In this document: positions 1-11,487 of the stretch, piece by piece
Layout of the letters: every line of letters starts with the position of its first letter
Position numbering within the stretch: the first letter of the stretch is position 1
Assembly (NCBI GenBank): GCA_002633005.1
Contig: NMRA01000346.1
Coordinates: 1 to 64,000 of the forward strand
Origin: Phoronis australis
Taxonomy: Eukaryota > Animalia > Phoronida
Direction of reading: 5' to 3'
DNA length: 64,000 nucleotides
The notes under the pieces: generated by a model
What the model saw: only the letters and a program-made list of their open reading frames with translations
The model's database searches: none
Told to the model about the DNA's origin: nothing
Position numbers and translations under genes: made by a program

Positions 1-599
1 AGATTTATTTGAGATTTGTTCAACGCAATACGCAAGTAATCAGTTTTACAAACCGCCACTGTGTTTGACGACTGAAATTATGAAAATTGTGGTTGTCAAT
101 GAAGCCGTTGTATTTTTAGATAGTGTCTCTTCGTACATAAATTCATTTCAAAGTGTGTGAAAGATTAAATCAATGTTTAACAGACAACGTTCTAATCACG
201 TAAATGAGTATCTGCAGGTGTTTACAATAGGCTGTATCTAATGAATATGTGTACTAATCATTCAAAATCTTCTAACACCCCCACAGACTTTCGCCGGATC
301 ACGCTTTATAAAGCGTCTTTAATGTACATTATGGCTGAATAGACTATACTGAATTGTGTACTCGCTGTTCATATTTCGAAGATAAGTGATATTGGTTGAC
401 CTAAAAAGTTAGTCAATAATAACATATAAACAGTGCTGATATTAAAATTTCGACCAGCCTGTTTGTGCTCATGGTTACGCTACTATTAACTGGGTGATAT
501 TTATCAAGGGATTATTTTGCAATACAATAGGTCATCCGCATCATGTCACAAAAATTCGACTGGCAACAGCTGAGCCTAACATCATAGACAACAAATTTC

Positions 600-1445
600 G
601 TCCTGATCATTCTCATACTCTTCAACACATTCGTCAGCATTGTCATCACTACTTTTGTCATCGTCATCATCGTCTTCTTCGTCACCACCATCGTCATCTT
701 CATTATCACCATTGTCGTTGTCGTAGCCGTCTTCCTTATCATCATCATCATCCTCATCATCATCCTCATCATCACCATCATCATTATCATCATCGTCATT
801 TTCGTCATTGGTCCCAACCCTTTAATCACCATCATAGACAATCAATATCGTCAACAGTATTACCGTCACCATCACCATCGTTGTCTTCATCATATCCATC
901 TTGATAAGTGTTATCCCTGTGCCATTCAATAATCGTTGTCGTTAACATCATCACTACCATTGTCAGTATCATCACCATTATCATGATCCTCATCGTTTTC
1001 ATCGTCATCATCTTCTCCATATTGACCATCATCACTATCATTCCCATCGCCTTCACATAATCATCATCACCATTCATCGCCATTATTGTCGTCATCATCG
1101 TCATCAAAATCGTCATCATCGTCATCAAAATCGTTATCATCTTCTCATCCATGTAACCAACCTCATTTCTAATAAACAGTCATCGTCGCCATCACCATCA
1201 CAGTCATCATCGTTGCAACCGCAACCGTCATCCCCGTCTCCACTGAAAGCGCTATCATTGTCGTCAATGTTGTTGTCATTATGTAAATCCTGTTCAAAGT
1301 CACCGGAAATATTTTCGTGGTCATCATCATTGTCGTCTTCATCATCATCGTCGTTGTCATAACTATAATCATATCTAACTTAAGAAAAGCCTCATTATCA
1401 TACTCATTGTCAACAAAAATTATCAACAAGGTCATTTTCGTCATT
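600..1445. repeat. Degenerate (CAT/ATC)n trinucleotide low-complexity tract
   Basis: catcat/cgtcat/caccat runs throughout; explains the His-rich and Met/Thr-rich ORFs on both strands. Confidence 0.85.
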
Positions 1446-2213
1446 CTAGACCTTCATGCGTGTAAAGTAAACTTCATTTTAAAAATTATTTGTTATTAAA
1501 GCGACGTTTTACAAATCACCATGTGTCCCCAAAACACAGCGAATCGTTTTAGCGCACTTGGTGGTGTTATTCTACCTGCCCATAAATTGATATATAGCTC
1601 CAAAGTCGTTGGAATGTGACGGGAAAACACTTCTATTTAATTTCCTTTCGAAACAAAACGTAAAGTTCGAAGGGTCATTTCCTTCGACTTAATGTCTAAA
1701 ACGCAAGTTAAAAACCAGTACTGGATTTCGAAGACGCACAAAGTTCGCGAGTCAAGCTAGTGACAGTGTGATTCGCTGAAGTCTTAAGCGATTTTGTGTT
1801 TTTGCGAGCAACTGCAGTTTACTCACAGCTGATCCGAGAGAGATTTTACACTGAATCGGCAAGAAGAGTGTCGAAAAGTCGTCGACATTGACAATGTAGG
1901 CCAATCCTTCCAATGTTAATCCGCTTCAAATCAAACGCGAATGCCTCCTCCTTTTGATATCAGAAAGCAATCGTTGCCATGGAAAACATAAGTTTGAGAT
2001 CAGACTGTTAGAGTAAGTCGTCCTATTTTAAGATGTTCTTGTTTTCACAAAGATGAAAAATAAAGTAACCGAGGAATACTGTTTCAAAGACGCGCATTGC
2101 AACAACTTTTTAAAGAGTTCCCACCATGCATTTTCTTACTTTTCCAGGTTTCAGTTAGCTAATATGAATCGAATACCATAAAATCTTGCTAAATAGGCAC
2201 TTTTTATGCCAAA

Positions 2214-2295
2214 TAGTGGCNNNNNNNNNNNNNNNNNNNNNNNNNNNGGGGGGGCACGGGCCCCCCCCCCGGCCCCCCCGCTTCCTACGGCCCTG
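2214..2295. mobile_element. GC-run MITE nested in Kolobok A (spans N-gap 2221-2247)
   Basis: Ends CTTCCTACGGCCCTG (rc CAGGGCCGTAGGAAG); internal G and C homopolymer runs; left end TAGTGGC runs into the gap. Confidence 0.5.
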
Positions 2296-2344
2296 CATTA
2301 GGCGAGAATTGGACAATTATTATGCAGACAAAGAGGAGAGTGGA

Positions 2345-2460
2345 TACGGGCACTTATACTCAAGTACTTGAAGAATCAGACAGTGAATTCGATTTCCCAT
2401 TTAGCGAACTTTCGTCGGGTTTCAGGCCGTATGAACTGGACCCACATGCACGAAAAATGA
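2345..2460 (+). pseudogene. Possible KolX N-terminal remnant
   Basis: Acidic stretch EESDSEFDF followed by GFRPYELDP, resembling the YQFEP motif seen in the other Kolobok copies; convergent with the THAP remnant. Confidence 0.4.
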
Positions 2461-2744
2461 CATATGTGAGCCACAGCCAACTCTACCAAGTGGTGGTCAC
2501 TACTCACAACATAGACACTTAATAATTACTGACAAAGGCCACAGCCAACCTGGGTTACTCGTATTCACTACTGCCGTGATGGAATGAGCACAGTCTAAAC
2601 ACAATATGCATAAGCCTACTTGTAGTAGCACTCGATCTCGGCCGGGGTCCAGGGCCTGGCATCACTCGCCCTAGAATGGAAGCAGTTTGTTCGTTATTTA
2701 CAAGATTTGCAAATGCACTTACTTGGTGGTGAGTCCTTTATTGT

Positions 2745-3128
2745 AACGCCGCTTATGTGTGTGGTCGAAACACGATTCTTTGAAATGTGCCGATCAAAGT
2801 GTGGCTTACGCCAAACTGAATCTCATGTTCCACACTGACACTCCACACTCTTGTTCGGCGCACAATCATGAGTGGCGCAGCACTGAAAAAAGTGGGGGCT
2901 AAGCTCCCCCCCCCCCCAGTCCTCCTGTGTTGCACTGCCTATAGACCATGGACGGCTTAGCCCTGAAAAAGTGGGGGGCTATAGCCCTACCCCAGGCCCC
3001 TATTGTGCGCCGCCGATGACAAACCGATGCCATTTTTGTGCAACTTTCACGTATTTAGGAACTTTGAACACTAAGACGTTCACAGTCAAGTTGTTGTTAC
3101 CACAGTTTCCACAAACGCACCTTTTCAT
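2745..3128 (-). pseudogene. THAP zinc-finger remnant (transposase N-terminus), interrupted by a MITE
   Basis: ATG 3128: MKRCVCGNCGNNNLTVNVLVFKVPKYVKVAQKWHRFV; after the insert ...ATL*SAHFKESCFD (LCSxHF motif with the Cys codon changed to a stop). Confidence 0.75.
2856..3018. mobile_element. GC-run MITE inserted in the THAP remnant
   Basis: Inverted repeat CGGCGCACAAT (2856) / ATTGTGCGCCG (3002-3012); internal duplicated CTGAAAAA(A)GTGGGGG(G)CTA motif and C-runs. Confidence 0.6.
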
Positions 3129-6100
3129 GTCTGAAAAAGACGGCTCCACGCGGACTTTCTTCACGACTCCTCAGTATCGCACTGGTAAAACAACAACGGC
3201 TGAGGCGGTCTTCCACCCATTGTGTACAAACTCGGTAACAGGAAAATATATTTTTAAAATTTTTAGATTGTTTCCTAGCAACAGGTGTACTAAAGGCTAT
3301 TAAATCTGTTAAGATGTAATAATAAAATTCCCTTTTGAGACACAGGGTCATGGTGGGAACTCTTTAGAGTGTTAGCATTAATATTGTGACAATGTTAGAA
3401 ATTGTAAAATTGTTTTTTATTTTCTAAATTTCAAAGAAACCTCAAATCCCAGAACCTAAGCAGGGCAGTTACTTATTTTAGATTACTTACCTAAATGTAA
3501 CCTATTGTTGGGTAAGTTACATTGTTAAAAACAGCAAATGCTCAAAGATGACCAAATGCGACCTAAAACACTAGAGAAGATAACTGCATCTGTATGTTCT
3601 TTGTTTTTTATTCAGTCACTATACTTAACAAGTTTTCATTTTCCTTTCATACTGCTGTCAAAGTCAGTACAGCAAAATATTAATTGCAAATGCTTTAAAA
3701 CAACAAAGGCAGTGTTACCTGCATGTTGTGTAAACAAGCACAATAGATATCAATACAAACCATACATAAATATATGATCCAGTTTTACCAAATGTGCAAG
3801 TATTAGCATTTAGAGCATTTGTACTTTTCCAACATTTGAAATTATCTCATAATCAGGTGGTAGCTGCCAGTCTGTAGCTACAGTAAAATTTTGTCTATTT
3901 CAGACAAAAATAATTGCCAAAAATTACTCATTTTGATTTTTCAAGGACATTTAGCATTGTTGTGAAGACTCACAATTTTTCAAAATATTGTCTGTCAGCA
4001 GCTATGGTACGGACTTGGATATGACTCGGGATTCTTGTGGTACTGCCACATTATTTATGAAAAAATAAGAAATCTAATTTCACTAGTGTCCTTATATTAT
4101 TGTTTTATGCTTCTAGGGTTATTGTTCACTTTAATCATACTAGCCCAGCTACATGTTGAACTGCTAGGACAGATTTCAAGGAATGCCTCTTGAAATACAT
4201 TAATGTTTAATGCCTCTAGGGCTGTTGATTGTTTATTTAAATTATGCTAGCCCAGCCACATGTTGATCTGGTGGGACTGTTATCAAGGAAAGCATGTGGT
4301 TGTCAAGGTTACATGCCTGGGAAGTGACCTATAAGCTTTCATTTGAACCAAATTCAAACGGTTTTGGTACAGCCTAGACTCTACATGGATAACTGAAGAA
4401 CTGCATGGATGTGAGTTTTGAATTTAAAATTGTATTTATATCGGTGTGATTGTTAAGTAAAATTACTTAGACTTAATTCATGAATCAGTAGTTTTGGTCT
4501 TACAAACAAAAGGAAGTTGATTTTCTTAGGGAAAAGTACAGCACAGATTTCAAATGAGTTAACTGGGGTTGAGACCAGAATCAACTAGTTTCCAAAACAT
4601 TGTCAAGTTACATGTAACCAGTCCTTCAAAATAATCACTTCTTGAGACAGTAAAACTTAAGTTTGTGTCAATTTTCACATCGCTCTCTGACTGTTTGATT
4701 CACAATAGGAACAACAAATTTTTATTTTGGTTAAATGCATGGTAATTATTGGGCACAAAATAAGATTAGCATATTGTATATTTAAGTACTGGTAGGTGTT
4801 TTAACTGCCATCACTTTCAGTCATACGCATTCTCAGTCTGCAGTCAAACTATTGAACACAAGTTTAACTGTCTGTTCATACATGAGCAGAAGAGCAACAG
4901 TTCGACTTAAAACGTAATTGAGATTCTAATAATGCTATCACAAATGCCTTTTTGTGGAAAGTGAAATGGCATTCATACTTTAGGTTTGTGAATATTGAGT
5001 GACATAATGTACTTGATGAAAGCTAGAGACACTGCAGAGGTTACGAGGCAACAAGTTTGAGTTGAAAACACCGGAACAAATGGCGTACACAGCATCTCAA
5101 GGTTGAGTCGAACAAATATGGATGAAAACACTAGCGATCATCCCATATGAACCCTATGGAACACCTCCGATTGCTGTAATGCAGATTAGTCTTGAGTAGA
5201 ATGTGTTTAGAACGTCCACTAATATGGTAATAACTGGATATAACCTCTGTAGTTGTTCTTTTCAATACCATGGTAATATTGTAAAATAGAAAGGTATAAT
5301 TTATGGTTGATGCCTTAGATAAATGAATGATGTTATTGGATGATATCGCTATATTAATAGTCGAAATATTGCAAATTTCAACAAAGGCCTACAAGTTCAA
5401 TGATAGCCCATTCAGTAGGCCGATGTATCATGAAACCATATTGGGAAGCAAAAATAGTAATCGAAGAAGCATTCGACAGTTTTCAAGTATTTTAGATGAA
5501 CATGGGAAAAATAAATATGTTTGACTGTTAAGAGTGATTTTTTTCAGTTGACAAGTAATGAGGTAATTTAAAATAAAATGCTTAAATATGCTCGACATGC
5601 TGTTCTAAGCATGCCTTTCCACGGGGGAAAGTCAGATTTCATGGTTTTCTCCACTGGCATTCGACGTATTTTGCGCCATTCTCAATGCTAATAAACACCC
5701 CGTTGGGTGCATTTCAACGCTCTGTGTTGCTGTTGTTAGTTTAGTCAAGTAAATAATATCGTTGTTGCAATTATTATAGATTTTGTCGTGCGTTAAGAAT
5801 AAAACATCTCGGTATATTGTAATTAAAGCTTGGCATACATTCAAGTTGTTCTCTCAAGACACAATTTTGATTGTAATACAAGTATTATTACTAATTGCCA
5901 TTATAGACACTTTTATAGTTTCTGTTATTCATTGTCATGTGATTTTGTTTTAATTTCTAGTCATTATACATCAGATCGAAAATTATCCAGTGTGTAGCTG
6001 ATTGTGTATTTTCTTGCTTCAACAAGCGGGCATGCAATAAAAATTATGTATTTGTCAGCTGGCCTTTCTACATTAAATTATTCATGCCACAATTCAAGTA

Positions 6101-6159
6101 TGTTGTAGTCTTGCATCCAATATTTTTTCTGGTGGTTCGCAGAAACTTCTATATAACCC

Positions 6160-6553
6160 CATGAAGATGTTTGCGGCAAGCTTGCAGCAATGTGTGCGGC
6201 TGGGTTGCAGGAACTGTTCCATATAAGGACATAGAGATGTTTGCGGCAAGCTTGCAGCAATGTGTGCGGCTGGGTTGCAGGAACTGTTCCATATAAGGAC
6301 ATAGAGATGTTTGCTGCAAGCTTGCGGCAAACTTCATTTGCATGGTAAAAGTTTGTTGCATGTTTGCGGCAAGCATGCCGCAAGCTTGCGGCAATGTTTG
6401 CGGCTGGGTTGCAGGAAATTTGCATCCACTCTTTGGTCAGAGTTGATTCTACGTGTTTGCGGCTGGTTTGCAGAAACCTTTGCAGCAAGCTTGCCGCAAC
6501 TTTGCGGCAAGCTTGCGGCAAGTGTTTGCAGGAAGGCTTTTTTGGTATGGGTA
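6160..6553. repeat. Array of 20-bp palindromes (consensus TTGCGGCAAGCTTGCCGCAA) with a 70-bp period; probably an unclassified non-autonomous DNA transposon
   Basis: Palindrome variants at about 6171, 6241, 6311, 6365-6395, 6480 and 6502; near-identical 70-bp direct units at 6166-6305; ends ...TTTGGTATGGGTA. Confidence 0.75.
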
Positions 6554-6644
6554 CCACTCGTCCATTTCTGTATATATACCACTCGTCCAATTACTGCTTT
6601 GCCGTAAAAGACAGAAAGAGAAAGAGCCGACGCGTCAATTTTAA

Positions 6645-7922
6645 AGCGGAAAGCAAAAATAAGGTTCGTTGAATATCCCAGACATATTTTTCACTTATTT
6701 ACTGCTTTTCGTAATTTAATTAATTACTCGTCGTCAACTCCGGACGTGACGTTTTGGGAGGCAATAATTTCGCACCAATTTCTTTTCATATAGTCTGACT
6801 GTGAGAGCAGTAGAGTCAGTCATTGTTCTACCTCGGTTATGATAAGTTCGGTTGTCGTTTGCTTTTGCTTACGAGTCAGTCAACATACTCATTATCGTCT
6901 CACGTACAGAGGAAGAACTGTCCCACTTGCCCGAGTGTCCCGCGACACACACTGAAGGGTGATCTGAGCACCCAAACTGCTTACATCCCGCCGGGTGACT
7001 CCTTCGCCACACACCTGGCACCTTCCAAACAGCTCCAATACAAGTCCACAATAAACTTATCAAACTTAGGCTCACCGATCTGTTCATTGGATGATGAACT
7101 GTCCTCTTCAGTCACTGGGCGTCGAACTGGACCTGTATTCACTCCCACTACTCAACATCGCTGCAGGGCTGCTTACAGGCTCTGGGCTAGAGACAACAGC
7201 ACAGGGCGAATCACTGCTAGTTCCCGGTATTGCACGCAATGGGGTACGTTCGGAGGCACGGGTGACAGTGGATGAAGTGCCTCCAGTCACTGTATATAGT
7301 GGTCACAGCTCGCGAGGCTTCTCGCTTCAAAAACGCACTTCTCAGGGTTGGCGACGGGGCACTGCCGGGAATCAACAGCGACGGTATGGTACCCTTCTTC
7401 AGGCGTTGTTTCGCAGGGACCTTCATCAATTCAGCGTACATATCTGTCATAATCTGACGGCAGGAAATGCTTGCCACACACACGGTAACCCTCCACTGCT
7501 TTGTACGTTGCGTGGATGGGTAGTGCTGCGTTCTTCACATGAACGAGCTAGCAAAGTACGGCGAGGTGTGTCATCCTTCATAAAGCGAGGCAAGGTACCC
7601 AAAGCGCGTGTGAGACGATAATGAGTACATCCCAGCACGCAGCAACAGTGTGGCATGTTGACTGACTTGTAAACAAAAGCAAACGACGACCGAACTTATC
7701 ACAGCCGAGGTAGAACAATGACTGACTCGACAGCTCTCACAGTCAGACTATAATGAAAAGAAATTGGCGCAAAACTCTTGCCTCCCAAAACTTCACTTCT
7801 GGAGTAGAGTACGAGAAATTAATCAAATTACGAAAAGCTGTAATTAAGTGAAAAATGTGTCTGGGATAATAAACGAACCTTATTTTTGCTAAAAGTGACA
7901 TGGAAAAAGGTTGCCTTCGCCT
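6645..7922 (-). mobile_element. Kolobok-like element with about 260-300-bp TIRs (family B, copy 1)
   Basis: TTAA at 6641-6644 and 7923-7926; 6645-6903 is the reverse complement of about 7610-7922 with small deletions; interior encodes a frameshifted THAP domain plus a Kolobok-type zinc motif. Confidence 0.85.
6915..7656 (-). pseudogene. Truncated Kolobok transposase N-terminus (THAP plus CxxC..C..H zinc motif), no DDE core
   Basis: Across frames: MPHCCCVLGC...YRVCGKHFLPSDYD...RLKKGTIPSL (THAP), then KFIV...ELFGRCQVCGEGV...CVAGHSGKWDSS. Confidence 0.8.
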
Positions 7923-8992
7923 TTAAATTGGTATTAAGTAGGTACACTGTAACAACTCGTCGAAACGCAAAAAGTAAATAACAGCTCGTCCGAGTTTGAC
8001 GAAAAAGTCAGTTAAAAATCCAAATGAAACCCAATTGCTTGCACTCATCGACATGAATCCTGATTTTTGATCCGGGAACCAAAAATACCCTCACATCGTG
8101 CGTCCTGCATTCTGTAACAATAATCGCGTAGAAAAATACTCAGGGTCCCTGGACATGGTCAACCATGTGCCATTGAGCTGTACTTGAAATGCTTTAACCG
8201 TACGGAGACTTGATCCAACATCAACTTTCAGTGTCCACCTCCTGTCGACCATTCTGAGAAACATTTTATCCATGGCTGCATGACCAGCTTGCCCTTGTCA
8301 AACTTCATTTGTCAATTATAATAGACGTGTTTGTTAAAAAATTCAATTTTGTCAAACTCCGTTCACTTTTGACTATCTTCCATTCCAAACAATCCAAAAG
8401 TAAGCAATAAAAGTACTAAAACAAGTATTCATCGAATTTTAAACAAAAGTTTCCATTATGGGTGAAAATGAAATGTATTTTGTTGCATATTTGGAAAATT
8501 TCATGTTCTTTTAAGTTTGCCAATAAAACGTTCATATGCCGTTTGACCAGAAGTCAGGTCGGACTGTCTGAAACCGGCGTCTGAAAAAAATCAGAAGTGA
8601 CAGTAAAAACTTATCTAACACTGATCTGCTTTCATATCGCACGACTCCAAAATAAGATGCCAGTTTTGCCATCATGAGAAGTCTCTTTTCCACGTGATTT
8701 CCTGTTAGGTTCTGTTTACTGATGCTGGTGATCTCTCGTAACTGTCCAGAATCTGAGCTGAATTATGAATTATGTCATACGAATTATCAGAGAGTAGGTT
8801 CGTTTTAATTTTCTGCTAAAGCTTCTGATGTCCTAGGTGCTTTCTTATGAGTAGTTTTCTGAACGCGCTAATAGAAAATGTTTCGTTCTGATGAGATTTC
8901 TCGTAAGTGACGTTTAAACGGATTCAAGGTCCCGTGCCGTACACGCCTAAAACTAAGTATACAGAAAACTCACGATCGCTCATGTTTTGCGC

Positions 8993-9336
8993 AATAAGGT
9001 CATGCATTACAATAAAGTCGTGCATTACAATAAAGTCGTGCATAACAATAAAGTCGTGCATTACAAAAAAGTCGTGCATTACAATAAAGTCGTGCATTAC
9101 AATAAAGTCGTGCATTACAATAAAGTCGTGCATTACAATAAAGTCGTGCATTACAAGAAAGTCGTGCATTACAATAAAGTCGTGCATTACAATAAAGTCG
9201 TGCATTACAAGAAAGTCGTGCATTAGAATAAAGTCATGCATTACAATAAAGTCATGCATTACAATAAATACATGCATTACAATAAAGTCATGCATTACAA
9301 TAAAGTCATGCATTACAATAAAGTCATGCATTACAA
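8993..9336. repeat. 18-bp minisatellite (GTCGTGCATTACAATAAA), about 19 copies
   Basis: Direct tandem units; 6-aa periodic ORFs. Confidence 0.95.
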
Positions 9337-11487
9337 GCGAAGCACGTGAACACACTAGCTTTCTTCACGAGTGCCGTAGTTCCACGGAGTGAAGCTCAGA
9401 ATAACGGATAACGTGTTTGGGATAATTCAGAACAGATCTTTGACACGTTTCCTTGGCCAGTGTTTTAGGCCACTTGCAAATTTTTGGATGAGCCGGCAAA
9501 AAACTTAATAAGTGGTAAAACGTCACATTGATGTTTCATTCGTTCGTGACCAACTCTTCGGACTGTGATGAAAAACATTTATTTTTCATGCAACATGTCC
9601 TGATTAGCCTCATTGGGGCGTTTTCCCGTTCTGTGAATTTACCAGACATAGAGCGGTTGTGAGCGAGTAATAGCATCTAGTTCCTTTATTAACTGCCGCG
9701 CACAGTCTTTTGTTTGTTATGACTACAGGCAGGCCTATTATATACCATAGGCTCATTACCGACCACGTGTGAACACAGTCAAACCACAACATTCCTTTTC
9801 ATTAAGTTCTGATCCACCCTGAGTAACTTCATAGTTGTGCGTACACTTATATATGAACATGAAGAACTGCCAGCAACATTGGTGAAATCTGCTTACGACA
9901 GTTTGATTGAAAGTAAGCGAAAAACGAAACCTGGCTTGCATTTTTTATTACTTCAAGATGATACACAAACATCATTTAACGTACTACTTTTGAATTCCGA
10001 AATCCAGAGGCAGCAAATTAACCCTTTGAGGCCGCACACTGTCCCTTGGGTCGCTTCACACATCCTCCTCAAGCTGGCAAAATACATTTCCGGAAAAATA
10101 CGTCAGGGGAATTTCATCAAAGTAGGAAGAATTTGACACCTTTCTGTGAGGATTGAGAATTGTTTAAACCCCAAAAACTTCCCTCCTAAATCGAATTCGT
10201 AGTGTTGGCAAAACCACTGTCACATTTCTCTGGCCTGATTTTTTTGAATACGTGTTATATCTACAGCACTACGGGTCAGAAACTAAGTGCGGCAGACGAC
10301 ATCGCAGAAAGCGAGGTACTGAAGGCGGCGTGCTTCCTGAAGTTTGCGAACATGGGAAGAAAATAAAGTGACAAAGAGTTCAAGTTTTATATTTTGAACT
10401 GAACCCAACACTCGGTAAAATAATTTGCTACTTCTTGTAATATAATTCACATTGCCAACCACCGTCCCAGATGCCATCGTTGCACTCATTGTTATCGTCG
10501 ATCTTTGACAATTCGAACACACAACTTTCTTCCCTAATAGTTCGTACGGCCAATTTTGTCTTTATTAATTCGGATACGAAACTTTCAAGGGAAAAATAGT
10601 CAGTTCGTACGCTAGGGTACGCACTATTAGAGAAAACGCCGTACTCAAATGCATGACATGCGTGCATCACTCAGCCGAATTCCTAGATATGGGTACACGT
10701 TGAGAAACACGCATAGATATGTGATTCCCACAGATTTAATCACGATATATATAACAGAGATAAAGTTGGCTTAAAGCCTTCCTCGAATGGATTTTTTATC
10801 CCGATGTATTGAACTATCCAGATGGTCCTAGCAATATTTTAGCACAGAAAACAGTCGGAAGGCACAGATCACACGTGCAGTAGACGCTTCGCGCAATATT
10901 GCGTGACCGCTAGAAAACATCCTACAAGGAACAGTGATAGCGGTGGTTCTCAACATTTGCTGCTAATCACGGTAGAAGTACACATCCGTTTGTCGGCGGT
11001 ACCATCGTACATTGGAAAGAATACCAATGTCTCCAAGTGTTGTTCGGAGCTGTTTGAATTGATAAAAACAGTCGTTTTGGGGGACATTGACTAAGTTGCA
11101 AACATTTCAATGTGATTTTTCAAATAACAGATCATTTAGTTTGAAAATGATTGAGCGTTGAGTTATAGCTATTGTGCCGCTTGGTAATAACGCGCGACAT
11201 CAATTGACCTATCGCCAGGATTACGACTGCAGGCTTAACTGACCAATCAAAACACAGCATTCTTGACACACCTTCGTCTGCGTTTCCAAGCCGCCATTTT
11301 ACCTGACAAACAATACGTTGTCGTGTAAAACTTATTTTAGTCTATAGCTCACGAGATTGCGTGATGAGAATGGGGATACGGTGTTGATATGGCCTGTGTA
11401 ATTCTGACAGCCGTCATGCAGCTCGAGATGAATATTCCGTCATTTTTAGGCATCTCTGAAGCCGAAAAGTGATGTCGAAAGGTTTAA

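Larger units (their letters stand above)
2114..3363 (-). mobile_element. Non-autonomous Kolobok-like DNA transposon (family A)
   Basis: Perfect 15-bp TIR AGAGTTCCCACCATG (2114-2128) / CATGGTGGGAACTCT (3349-3363); flanks TTAA (2110-2113) and TTAG (3364-3367); RR..YY termini; THAP remnant on - and KolX-like N-terminal remnant on +. Confidence 0.8.

Noticed and set aside
494-1444. His-rich and Met/Thr-rich ORFs
   Set aside because: By-products of a CAT/ATC trinucleotide tract open on both strands; no splice or domain support.
8885-8910. Hammerhead-like CTGATGAG...CTCGTAA
   Set aside because: GTAA replaces the invariant GAAA, and helices I and III are not evident.
8907-9392. Periodic ORFs over minisatellites (also 44689-45303, 54307-54762, 55734-56012, 6078-6672)
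   Set aside because: Stop-free repeat units give ORFs in several frames; no coding context.
10903-11094. Candidate first exon of the receptor (LFEL motif)
   Set aside because: Ends in a stop, and lacks the HIN...L...DT motif and a phase-0 donor.
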